The notes beneath the pieces were generated by a model, which worked only from the letters and a program-made list of their open reading frames with translations, was not told the DNA's origin and searched no databases. A DNA stretch of 64,000 nt from Leptogorgia sarmentosa. Its lineage: Eukaryota. Positions within the stretch are counted from its first letter, which is position 1, and each line of letters begins with the position of its first letter. The stretch covers positions 7,068,001 to 7,132,000 of the forward strand of contig OZ210884.1 of NCBI GenBank assembly GCA_964658305.1. Direction: 5' to 3'. Shown here one piece after another: positions 45,954 to 59,837 of the stretch. The translations under genes were made by a program, and so were the position numbers.

Positions 45954-48900
45954 TTAACATTGCTGATAATTGCGAACCATTCCCATTGCTACAGAATGCT
46001 CTTTTGCTTTCATCCGTAATGCTTTTAATCCGGGACTTTTTCTGTCTATATCCGGGTTTCCATCCATACCTTGATTATGAACTGAGCCTTGCATAATTTG
46101 GACATGCGCACCGTGACCTCCATTAACGATTGTTCCACTTGGCGCGTGGGACAGAGGCTGAGACGTATTAATCTGTTGCCCATGCGCAGTTTTATGCGTA
46201 TCATGGTGGATTAATGACGCCATGTTATTACCCATCATTCCTGGGTGATGTCCAGCTTGACTTGATACTGCCGCTCGGTTAGCAGACATATATGACGTCA
46301 TCGGGGACGACATGGTGATCACGTGTGCCACAGGGCTACCGGGAATGTTTGTAGCATTAAAACTCTGTGGTGAGTTAGATGTAGGTGATCTGATAACGCC
46401 TCTATTAGGATTGAGGACTGGGGATATTTGTGGGTTATACGGGGCCATTGGTGATTTTTGTGGAGGTCTGGTCATGGCCGTGGTCGAAGGCCAGTGGCCG
46501 GGACTTGGATTTGTATATGAAGGAGAATCTCGGTACACATGGGGTGAAGCAGGTACACATGGTGGTCTGACAGGAATCTGCGGGAATCGCTCACGTTTTC
46601 GCCACTTCGCTCGACGATTCTGAAACCACACCTAAAACAGACAACCCTTATATTAGTTTATCAAACTCCTGTTGTCATGCCGTTTTGCTTATTATTGTGC
46701 AAGAATAATTTGCTGAAGCCATATGGTGAGTTATGAATTTGTTGCGTCATTATATTTAGAAATAGTGATGAGAACTTCATGTATGTCAACATTCCCAGAA
46801 ATCTTGGAGAGCATATTCAAAGGAGTTGAAAACAGCATTAACTAAACGCTCAATCACCATTATGAAGTATGTTGGCGGCTTCAAACAAACCCGGCCCACA
46901 ATACTCGGCGAATGTAAAGTTACAAGTTCACGAAGCAGCTATAAGTCTTCATTTGGCACTCCATCAAGAAATTCGAATAATAAAATTCCACAATCTTTGG
47001 ACGTTATCTTTGTTGATGGCAATAAACAGTTTACATTAAGTTCTTGTAACTCTTAGCAACAACTACTATCAATCGATGACAATGAGCTGTCAGGTGATTT
47101 ATTATCCTGATCGATTTAAAATAAATTAATTCACGAAATACAATTAGATAGTGTTCTTATATATGCGCCTTGTGCATTTATTCCGGAAAGTTTATATAAT
47201 TGGCATTTCGACAAATTAAACACGGTACTTAACTAAGTCTAACTGTTAATTACGTTGCTGGCAGACACGGTAATTTTTTTCGTGTAATTAAGAATGCAAG
47301 GTCGAGAAGTCCTAGAGCATATATTGTATTGCGCAACAGGCTTTGCCAAACAGGTTGAAAAATGCGAACATTACTCTCCTTATCTTGCTCTTGCTTAAAT
47401 GTGTTATTGTTTACGTCGTTCAATGGAACATACTGGAGATTTCTCATCATACATACACGTTCAAGGCATGTTCATTTTTCATAACACGTTTTCATTTATT
47501 TTTTGCATTTTATTCGGTTTTAATGAAGCCTTTGAAATATGTGTATAGTGTGTTTACCGTATATTTGACGCATCTACTTTGGAGTTTTTTATTCCAAGCG
47601 AGTGATCGGAAACAGACGTTTGATTGATAAAAGTATTCCGAGAAGAGATGATAGAAATGTCTAAGAATAATTGCAACGACTAACGACAGATCTTTGAAGA
47701 ACCGGATGTTACGCTCAGCCATTTTCAAGTGAGCAAAATCTGTTTATTTTTTTACTTCATAAATCATATATCTTCTTTAGAGCCTTTAAACTGTCCTATG
47801 GCGACAGGAGAACACTCTGCTACAGGGGAAGGGGATTATGATGGAAATAAACAATCAACGAACCTTCTACAGTAATTCTTATCATACTATTCTCCTAGAA
47901 CTTCCAGAATATTCTGTCTCTATGTGTACGTATACAACAAAAGGGTAGGATAAGAAAACCTGTTTTCTTAGAAAAAACTTCAATTGAAAATATGGAAAAC
48001 GATATGTTTCGTGATTGTCCAATTCACAACTTTAGATATCGTCGATGTCTATTGCCATCTTTATTCAGTATTTAGCCCTTTAGAATATTTATAGTGTTTA
48101 ACGTTTTATAAATGAATAAATTTATGATTAATTATTTATTCAGTAATTTAGAACAAAACAAGGGTAGAGTTATAGAGGCACAATCATGCGTAATAGTTGT
48201 TCATGCACTATCCATTTTTTTCATTTTTTTACAGAGCCATATATGGTTTAGTTCTATGTATAAATGCTTTATTTGGTTTTACTCATGTTGGTGCGTCTAA
48301 ACAGCGACCTGAAAAAGGAAATCCACACCCAGAGGCTTCACAAAAACATTTCACATGACAGTATTTTCCACTTTTGACGTTATTTATAATTTTATTACGC
48401 AATTTTATTAAATTTGGGAAGCTCTTTCCAGCTGTGATAATTATTAATTATTGATATTACTAATTCAAAAATTTGTTTAATTCTGGATTTTTTTTGGGAC
48501 CCTGCGATTTTTATTGTGCTATTTCTCCTTTGAGCAGATGTGAACGAGCAAACCGACTATATCACGAATTATGAATGTTCACGATGTTGTGATGTACTCA
48601 GGTGCCGAATGTAATATCCTGAATGGATGTTACTCTGAGTATATATCCACACCGGGCAGGCTGAAAAATTAGCCTGGCCTCAGTAGGAATCGAAGCGCGA
48701 CCTTTGGGCTTTGGTTTACTAGTTCGATTCCCACCGAGGCCAGGCTAATTTTTCAGCCTGCGCGCAATAATTTATCACGAATTGTTTAGGTGAGTGAGCG
48801 TTAATGGTGCACGTGCATGCACTAAGCACATTCCTCATTGATCTGCTCGTTGGGCTTTTACTGACAGCCGCTGTAGAGCATCGTCCGCAAGCCTGACATC

Positions 48901-51900
48901 TGTTCAACAGATAATTGTTATTACAAGTGTTTGTACATTTCATTATTGATTGTTCATGATGAACAATATCAATATTTTACTTCAGAGCATCAGCCTATTA
49001 TTTTTCATTGTTTACATAGACAAGTGGCTTGGCGCGTGAGTGTGTTGCTGTGACTGCTGTCAAGTTTTACCGAATAACAAAAATGTGCTCATGTGCACCG
49101 TCCGCCAACACCTTTTTCATCAGCAGTGTGTGAGAAAACATTTTGATTTTTCCTACCCCTGCCAGCGGAAAATAACACTTAAAAAACTACCGGTAGTCGA
49201 ACGACTTTCTATGTATACAACTTTCACGCACTATACCTTTGCCAATTCTAATTAATTAATCACACAGATCACAATCTTTTAACGTGAAAACAGATATAGT
49301 AAATACTTTTAATATCCTGTTCAGACGAATACACTTGAAGTCAGTTTAAAGTTCGAGTAAAATTGTCTTCTATTTTAAGGAAAACTTTTCTACCCCCCTT
49401 AAGTAATCTGTCGTCAATTTATCTGACAGGTCACGAAATGTGTATCACGAAGGACAAATATTGTGCAGTGTTTCCATAGGCGGCGCATAATCAAAATACA
49501 ATAACACATAAACATATGTTACAATGGAAATTAATTCATCGTTTCATGCAGTGGAATAAGGCAAAATCACCAATAAAACTCGAAGAAGATGCAAAAATCA
49601 GTATGAGCTTTGAAGGAAACACGAAAATACATGCCGCAACAACATATTGCAGTATAGGACTAACTAAAACTCGTCCTTCATTTTTGTCATCTTGAAATAT
49701 AAGTGCTTGGATGGCTTACATTGCTACAGGAAAATTTGATCATTACACTCATGCCCTTCAGTCTAGCACCAAACGTTTCTCTAGCTTTTTGCAGCACAAT
49801 TATCTAGAAAATGCGCTGCTCGCACATGTGTGAATTGGAGTTAATGGGGTTACCCAATGCATGCACTGATCAATTTCATGCGTGTTTAGTATGTCGCTAG
49901 CAACACGCTGCTTGTACGTAAAATTGTGGTTGATAACGTTTTCGCATATTTGCAAACAGTAACAATTTTTATCACTTTGTCGTTGATTTTTTTCCATGTA
50001 TTCGAAGCATAGTATACTTGGCAACTGTATATGTGACACGACAGGTTTGTCTTTCATTGTGATACTAAATGTTCATAAACAGATCCCAATAATTAAAACC
50101 GGAGAAATGATTGATTTGAAAGCTTATCGAGAAAATCGGCTAAGACTTGAGTTATTACATGCATTAAACATAGTGCTGTGTGGGTTTCCGATTACATTCA
50201 GATGCCTGCGATTTGTGGATGTTTTTCGATCGTCGTGTGAACTGCATGTGAAGAAAAATCGCGGTATCGATTCAATGCATTGCATGGGAATGTGTATATT
50301 GAAATTCTATATTTAGTACCGGCTTGACAGTGTTTAACTGAATTTGTTTAATGTTCTCAGCTTGCCATGTTTTCATGACTTTTGTACCTGTGAGAATATT
50401 GCCTATCATTGCTTGCTAATTTGTCCTGAGAAAACCACAAGTGCATCACTTGAACTTAAATTAGCTTATTTCTTATATAGAACTCTCAACGCCGAAAAAC
50501 TACGCAGGGAGCGACATTAGCAGACAATCTTGTAAAACTGCGAATGCGCACTTGTGGCAACATAATTAAATCAAAGAGTGTTAAATGTTATTCGTAGGAG
50601 TCGTGTATGTATCATGAGAAATCTGTTTAGTGTATGCCAATTACTTTTAATTAAATAAATTAATGTGAAAAGAATGTCGTGAATATACATACTATTTTAC
50701 AATAAAGATCAAGTTACTACTTGGATTTTGGAAGTTGGTTAATACTTAATTAATAGTTAATAGTTGATCTGATGATGATTCTGCAGTAAAAGCGAAATAC
50801 AACCTTTGAAATTTGCTTTTTGTTTTTAATCCACATCTTGAGTTTTTTATAAGATGTCTATTTTTTCGCATTCTCTCATATTTCATTCTCCAATTGTCAG
50901 ATGGTTCAGAACATTCACCAATGAGTGTATTGTCCTAATGTGTCCAACACTTTTGCATGATTCCACCATTACTTGGTAGTGTTAGTTAAAGGAAACTCGA
51001 TTGTATTCACAATATCTCGTGCACTCAGGGATATTAAAATCTCTCCAATATTTCCAACATTCTGTATTAAATAGCAGTAATCAAACAACTAATTAATTGG
51101 GTAGTAATTAGGCTGTTGGTTGACGACAATTACTCAGAATTATATATATTCTTGTAAAATACTTGAAGGAATGCTTCTGGCGCCACTTAGGCCCGCGGAT
51201 ACGTCGAATTTTGATGGCGGCGATGCAATTAAGCAGTGGATAAGAGTCCTCTCGTAACCGCGAAACGAAACATGGTTAAATATAGAATTTTATTTTATTT
51301 TTATTTATAAACTCCGCCGAAGTAACAAAACATTACATAGTAAATATACATTACAACACATGATCACGGCTGGATGACCGCAACAGCGATTAGCCAATTA
51401 CTGCAGGCCCACACATTACATTCATACAAAGATTCATCTGGGACGAATACTATATGCTGCCATGTAAACTCTCTAATTTAATAACTGTTCTATTTTCTCC
51501 TCATATTTCTCAGAACCGTGCATGGATGTGGATAGAGTGTCATGGAAATATCAAATATGATAAAAACATGAGTTGAGTGCCACTGGCGGCTTAGGCCGCA
51601 TAACTTAGTACACGCTAAACCTGTTCAGTGAGATGGTTTTATTCGAGTACATGCATTTGAACACGATTGCCTACGTAAAACATCTGCAGTATGTATGAGT
51701 GTGGGTGTTATGCATGATTGCCAACGTAAGCAGTGTTGACAGATTATAACGCCAATGAATTGTCGGATCTCTTTCAAGAAAAAATAACAACGCTATAATC
51801 ATTCGAAGGTCACGCAAACTCAAGTTGCTAACGGCAAAATGGCAGCATTTCATGACATTCATCTCAATTTGAAGAAGTTATTTAGAAGTATTTATTATTC

Positions 51901-54900
51901 TCAAATAAGGACCCTTACAATAATCTCTTGAAAAAGAATGAGACTGCGCAATCCGTCAGCGAGATAACTGCCTTGCATGTGCATGATAAAAATTTAGCAT
52001 TAAGAAGGTTTGTTCAAAAAAAATCTGCCAAAGAAAACTCAAATGCATATATAATAATCATAAAGCGTGGATTCACGGGTGTATGAAGTGTGCTGACAGG
52101 CAAAAAGAAGTGAAGCACGCGAAAATGCGGCAATATGCAGATTAAACATGCGTAAAAACGCCATCTTCAGCACAAACCTCGGCGGGTAACCAATTGTCGG
52201 TTGCATGAAGAGGTAGAAATTTTATTTTGTCCTCTTGTTTAGCTTCATTGGCGTTCCTCATGAACTATTCATGCTCATTTCAATACCTAAGATCAATTAT
52301 GCGGAATCCACAACACTAGCACGTAAAGAATTATCCTAATAGTCTTACAAAAGCGGGTTAATGAAGATAAAGTAAATAATGGTCTATGTATAGAGCAATG
52401 ATAATATATACTTATATTTATATGCTTATATCAAGTGAAGATTTCCTGTCGGATTTAAAACCGATAATCATCATATGCTGCTTATTTAACTTTCTCTTCA
52501 AGGAAATCGATAAGAATAAGAGGAAATTACACGCAAAGTCCAAAAATAATTATCGTGCTCTCTTTTATAGATATGTATAATTAGGGAGATGCTTCTACAG
52601 GGTGTATTAAAAAGAAAATGAACCCTTTCAAATTCAAATTATAGCTTTGGATAAATGTCGAACATGTATGCCCAAATAATAAATCTTATGTCTGTTCCTT
52701 TGGTGCATTCTTTTATTCAGTACGGACGGGTACACCGTAATTACAACAATAATGTAATTTATCGAACTATATTACCAGCTAGCATATGGAGAAATTAAAT
52801 ATCTGATCAGAGATAGTTAGGGAACAAATACAACATATCTCAAGCTCACGTTACACGGGATGATTTTCAACGATGGTTCACAATACAAATGAAGCTGCAT
52901 GAGATTTGATTGGCTTAGCAGCGTGTTTCGGTGCGAATTGTCGTTAAAACTCATTCCGTGTACATCAGCATTACCATTTTGTTCTATTTTTACTCAATGG
53001 TCTCGTTTCATTATTATATGAGGTGCGCTGGCCCGGTTAGAAGTGTGCTGTTGTGTTGTTTTGGTAGTGAACAGAAACTTTAATGATTTGATAAAATATT
53101 AACCTACATGTATGTCAAAACTGTTTATTAAAAAGTATAAAGAATACTCTTCGATTACGTTATAACGCTTGGTATTTCCCTTTTATGCGCGATGATATTT
53201 TAATCCTTTTCATAACCCGTTTACTCTTCCATGCTGTCACGAGAGGTTGACAGCGCAAGCTTTATTTACACAAAGTGTTGAATTAATGTAAAAACCTCTT
53301 GAAAACCCATCTATTCTGTATAAGCAGCATTTTAGGGCGAATTCAACCTACCGCAAGTTTGCATTTGCTTCGAATACGTTCAGGAAATATGTAATACAAT
53401 AGCCAATTCTAACATAATAAGCATTTTATTTAATATAATACAAATTAAAAATGTTGGAAATGAATTACTTTTAATGATTTTCGTATTGTGCATTGTTTTT
53501 TTATCGCGTGTGATTTAAAATTGGATTAAAATGTTAATGAAAGATGCCACCTACGGTGCACAATGTCATATCATGCAATATCGATAATGTACAATACCGC
53601 GTATCTCTAACTATACCTTGATTTGGACTGTTGCAATTATGCAATCTGTTCTAAAGCGAAGACTGCATGGGCTGACGTCTCAAAGAGGATATTTTCAAGA
53701 CAAAATTCTATAGCATCACTCTTTTAATTCCACAAACTATATGTTATTTTAACCTTTGGCCACCGAAAAATGAAGTTGTATATTTTTGGCTTAAAATTCC
53801 ACAATTTCCCTAAAACCATGTTATAGCAACGAAATTGCTGTTGGCAACATATTTCAGACATTTTATTATGTCAAACATTAAGTTTAACATAAACATTATG
53901 TCAAACATTAGGTTATTTAATTTGGCCTATATCAAATTGATTACTCTGTACGTATTATGGTTTGTCTTTTTTACAACCGCTGATGTCCCACTGCAGAACA
54001 GCAGAAACACAAGGAGGAGAAAAATGTGTTTATGTATGTGTCTTAATTAGTTCGTGGCTTGGTGCGTACCTTGCGGTTTAGTGAGAAAACAAACAAATCA
54101 CAACATGCATTATGCATATGTAAATATTCAGATGGCAGAATTAAATAAACTGTTGTACACAAATGTACATACGAGTTATTTTAGGTGATGCTATAATGCG
54201 TATATACCCCGAAGGCCCGGCCAAACGAGAACACGAGAGTTGACAAGAACGGGCTCACGAATTCTCACAAGGGAAGTTTCAGGCAGTAAAATATAACAAA
54301 ATAAAAATGTTTCATGAGTATTCCAACTATGTCTTAACTCAAATAAAATACATGATAGTATCAGGAAAGTATTAAGAACAGTTAACCAAGGTCGCATAAC
54401 TCATGAGTCATGACTGCCAACTATCATGCACTGTCATCTGCGTTTGCTGGATCCAAGCTTTCTAGGTCAACGACATAAAATGATTTTCTAAACCGGACAC
54501 AGGTTATTCTTACGAATACGTATAAAAGAGTACCCATGCAATAAAAACACATAATCTGGCTGACGCCTGGTTCTCAAATGCAGAGTAATTCAAATTCCTA
54601 TTTACCGTATTGTATATTTATAAATTAATAAAATTATATATTATCACACAACACAGAAAATCATAAATATTTTAGATCATGCATGACCGACATCGATATA
54701 GTGACATTATTTACAGTCAACTTTCATGATGCGCTGAGTTTTTGTTAGATGGAAAATCAAAACGCAACATATGATAGCTATTTTAGAAATACATCGAATA
54801 TTTTATAACCGTACAAAGGTATAATTGTATAACCCTGTGCATCGGTTCAGTATTATTATAGTAACTCACGATCAAAATTCCAAAGAATTTATGTTTTATC

Positions 54901-57900
54901 CCGGACATAATTATCAATCACTTTCTTCTGATGTGCATAAATCTAAATTGGCAAGAATTTCAATCTTCGCTAAAATCAAGTACTTTATCGATCAGTGAAT
55001 CTAGTTGGTGAATATATATTTCCAAAATCAACAGTAGTTGTATCATAAATCAATGGTATAAACCATTTGTACGTATCTGATTTGTATTGGTTAAATTGGA
55101 CTATACGGTTTGACGCCTTGGCTTCTAAATCAGATCCAGATATGATACATGCCATAAGAATATGCCCTTCTTACTAGTAAGAAAAGTCGTCAGGAATAAT
55201 TGCAGTTATTTACATAATGGGCTTTTGTAAAACCGTTGAATGTTGCAATCGTCCCCCTATTCGGTTTTCTCATATTTTCTCTTGCTTCGACTTTGCACGT
55301 ATATAAGGGACGCATTAATGTATTTCTCGAAGGGACGCAGTAATGTATGTAGTCGAAATCGATGAATATTAGATCATTTTCAACTTTCGAACGCACTTGC
55401 AAAATTGCTGGTTCATGTAATCGCGACGCCATGCCGAAATAAAATATCATCGTGGTAATTCATTAGGAAAATGTCTGACATGAAACGGTTTAATTTGTGC
55501 CTAAAATGTGGCTGCTGGTGAGGAGACTCTGAAGAAAATCTCTGCCATTTTGCATGTAGACGTATATTTAGTGGCTTTGGGGTTAGCTATTCGATAATCT
55601 TTTTCATTTGAAAAGCAAACCGAGACAGATCACGAGCTCATATTCATCAACTTTCAGTGCAGTTGCGTTTATCGTGGAAATAATATTCACTCTAATGGAC
55701 TCAGAATAGATATTTTACGACTTACGACTATACCACTGATATTGTAGCCTAATTCAATAACGTAAAAATTGAATTAAGTAAATTACAAACAACAAACTCA
55801 GCATATACCGGTACAGGAATTGTTATGTCACTTAATTGCCCAATTTAGTTGGACTGGGAGTAATAACAGCACTATACGGCAAAACTATGCAAGGAACAAT
55901 GTCATTCAAATATTCATAAAGGCTTGGATTGTGCGCGATTCGGCTTTCCCTGGCTATTCATACACAATACAGAACTTTTAATTTTAAAATGTCTTCTGAC
56001 GTATTCATTTTCGACATGTACAGTATATATTAATGCAGTTTCAGAGTCCTAATTTATAACCGAGCAAGAATTTTAATAACACAATGCAAGAATTTATAGC
56101 TGCAACTCCGCAGTAGTTCTATATATAATACTCAAAACATATCGATTGAGGCGAAGGGGAGTGTTTTAGCATTATATATCTAACACAAAACGAACTATGC
56201 AGTTTGTTTGGTTTGTATTATTTTGACTATTGCTCCTAAAATGAATGATTCCGTACGTTCACTGGCATTGATATATTCTAAAGATTGTGTTGCCTAAATC
56301 ACTAGAAGCGCATGATTTAGATCAAGTTATATAATCAACTATATGTACGTCCGACATAGATTGTGATTATCCTGTGTATTTTGCCTATGACTGAACATAC
56401 AATTATTGAATTTTAGTAACACGTATTGAGTATAATTATTGTATAACAATTTATAACTTGTATAGTCCCAGATTTACAAGGAAAAAGCGCAAACTATTAG
56501 ACTTATACAGTATGCATGCAACATACAACAAGTCTCTTCTATTCTCTAAATTACTAATCTTCTGTATATAATAGTTTGGTACCTCTGGTTTAGGTTTTTG
56601 ATGTTTTTGCTAATTTGTTGCTTCAGAAACGAGTCTGATAGTTTTTGAAACAAAACGTATCATAGACAAATAATCTTTCATAGATAAACTACACATATAT
56701 GTACTGTACATAAACATATAGCCACAACATCCTAGTAATATATCAAAATCACTAATTTTTCTCTGTATTATATGAATATTGAATGCCATACAAACCAGTG
56801 CTAGGATGGTAACAAATTATAGAAAAGACATATTTTAGAGAGGAGAAATTTCGACTTTTTTTTTCAAATCATTATTGACCATACATTAACTCGTGACCAA
56901 TTTGCAAGAAAATTTGTCTCAATTTTATATTTTTTCTTCTTGGATTTTAGTGCATTTTTGTAACATTCGATTTCGTTTCTTGAGTTTTAATTTGATAGTT
57001 CTTATGCACAAATATACACCTTCATTGAGTTCACGCAGCCACACGTGTCTAACTAACTTGATTCCCAAAAAACACCGAACAAATATATTCGACTGAGACT
57101 CTAACGCTTTCATTTTACTAAAACCAGACTGTTGGGCTTATAATTACTCTTATTTTGCACGGGTTGCCTGAACAAAATTGATAAAGAGAAAATATATTGC
57201 GTTCTATAATATATACAATAGAACATCTGCTTGCATAGCTATATATTAATACGCCGAGTACTGCATGCATATACAAAATAGTTACCACTGACTTTTAACA
57301 CGTACCCAGTTAAATTCGTTATGCTTGCGTAAACCTCTGGTATTTTGCTAATTTACATATATTGCGCATTGCGTCTACCTGCATGCATGCGTATATGAGG
57401 GAGTTTTAGTTATCATAATGTAGTAAGTGTTCAAAAAAGTATCCCACAATCAACAGAACATACAGTTTACCGGCGCAGTTGGAAGAAAGGTAGGGGGCAC
57501 TGTTTGATAAATGCATTGTGCAGACAGTTTGGAAACAGTTTGAAAAACAATTCATTAAGGCTATTTGAAATTGTTCATGTGTGTGCCAATAACGTGTATT
57601 GTTGCAATTTTGCAGGATTCTGTCGGTATCATTAAATGAATAACAACACGTTCATGTTAGCGATTAGGTCAATATTTGCTCGATAGTTTTAATAAAGATA
57701 ACTTGCGCTTTCATGATGAGCTACGTTGCACTCTGCTCCGACATCTGTTTTCACAAATATACAACCGCTAAGGCATGCGTCACTTTGAATAATGCCGACA
57801 TAGCCCACTCGTCTCGACTATGGAACGCATTTTTTCGATTTAGAAGTAATTCTATAAGAATCCTCAGTCGGTTAGATTATAATCACTACAAGGGAATGCG

Positions 57901-59837
57901 TGAGTAAAGTATCACTCATGCTACTAAAACAAAACCATATTATCCATATATGCTTGGGTGTATGCAATTTTAGTAACTGAAATATGCGCGCGAAACTTGC
58001 AAATGAGCACGGATGTTTTCATTCTGTGCAAACGTAATGCGTCTCCTTATAAATGTTGCGCAAATAAATTCAATTAAAGCATTTAAACAAGTTTTAATTT
58101 TACATAAAGGTTAAGTGGAACAGTTGTGCTGAGAAAATCGTAGAAAACCGCTGTTATGTGCTTGCATCGATTACAAACAGCGCGATGATTGGAGCAACTT
58201 AATCATGTTTAATATAAAGATAATGAACTAACAAGGCAAAATTGCCAGTTAGTGCTTTTCAAAGAGTGTTTAATTTTCTCTGACCTGATGAAATGATCAG
58301 GCCACTATCGTCGGCACGATCGATTATTAAGTGTGTTTGTAAACAGAAAGTGAAGAAAAATTTGTATTAGATAATTACCCTTATTTTCTCACCGCTCATA
58401 AAATGTTATATATTAAAAATTTCATCATCGCCTTTTGGTTTCAGTTTTACTGACATAACTGTCGTAATTGAGTAGTGACTTGCGAAGGCATTTTAAAGCA
58501 TATGAGGCGAACATGTCCGATGTTTTAACAGACATCCGTGCAATGGCGGCTTATACCTGCTCCGTGTAAATCATTATCGTCTGTAGATAAATCACACGAG
58601 TTCCAAAATTTAAATTTTAGGACGTCAAACGCAAACTCATGATTCAAAGTAATTGCTACTTATATCGCCAATACATACAAGCTAATATAACTTAGGCTAT
58701 ACTACATCTGGGACACAATTCGAAAAACATATTTTATACAACGTGATATCGCGCGCTTTTATCGAAGCATGTATTAAATCGTTTAAAATAGTTCATTTAT
58801 TTGCCTTCAAGTGTAGAAAAGACTGATTACAAGTTACATTACTGTCGGTGACATGCAACAATAACAGCACCTCAAATGTGTACTCAGGTTATATATAATT
58901 TGTGACACTCAATTAATTTGCGCAAATGACCTAGAGTACATGAAGTGAACGGAATTTTGTGAGTACTGCGGTGAATACTTGTGTGTAAGTTGTTGTTTTA
59001 TGCATAACATTTGCTGCGCAAAACGCAGCAATTACTATGGGATGATGAATCTAGAAAAATACCAACTACTCAACAAAAATAACAATAACTCGCTAATGAC
59101 AATACAATTGATTATATACAACATGGCTAACCTGTACTCGAGCTTCGGTTAAATCTGTCCTTAACGCCAGTTGTTCTCGTGTATATACATCAGGATAATG
59201 CGTCTTCTGAAACACTCCTTCCATTTCTTCGAGTTGATAGGATGTAAACGTGGTACGATTTCGCCTCTTTTTACGCTTTGGCGTATTTTCGTGCGTCGTT
59301 GGCTCCATTGGTGAAGTGGCCGGATTGTTTGTATTTTCCGTATGAATTTGTACCATGGATGGAGTTTGAGCTTGTTCTCTCTTTACTGTGCGTTTTTCTG
59401 CTCCTATGGACAGGCAAAAGAATACTTTGCGTCGTTAACCCTGCGTGCTCGAACTGCCGTGCGCTTTAAAATTGGTTGATTAAACCAAATTGAATTAAAA
59501 ACGAAGAGCGCGATTTTCAAGTTGGCAGCTAAAGCGCCGCGACCTAATTTCCGGGTAGGTGTAATAGCTCTGTTGTTCGAATATAGTAAAACTTGGGGGC
59601 TTATTCATATTATCGGACGTTACCTTGTTCGAGTTGAGCACTTAATTCAATAGATGAACCTCCTTGCATCAGTGTCGGTGAATGATTGCCTGGCGTTCGA
59701 GGTTGAATTTGCGGATGACTTAAAGGAACATTGCCCATTTGGCACGCTTGTGATCCTGAAGCCATTGCCGGCTGCATCATGTTAGATGGATTTCCTGTAT
59801 TTGAAACTCTTCCTACCAATTCTGTATATTTCTGCAT
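45954..59837 (-). CDS. Alx: Aristaless-like (Alx) PRD-class Q50 homeobox transcription factor with C-terminal OAR motif, ~387 aa
   Basis: Exons 59837-59624, 59403-59132 and 46631-45954. Homeodomain [62 protein letters not shown] has the canonical PRD-class intron and closely resembles ALX1/3/4. OAR-like [15 protein letters not shown] near the C-terminus. Confidence 0.9.
48630..48760. repeat. Second copy of the inverted tRNA-derived repeat
   Basis: Shares GTATATATCCACACCGGGCAGGCTGAAAAATTAGCCTGGCCTC with 34034-34135; contains GTTCGATTCCCACCGAGGCCAGGC in inverted arrangement. Confidence 0.7.

Noticed and set aside
46826..58999. Short 60-106 aa ORFs in the Alx intron
   Set aside because: No motifs and no consistent splice chains; such ORFs are expected by chance in AT-rich DNA.
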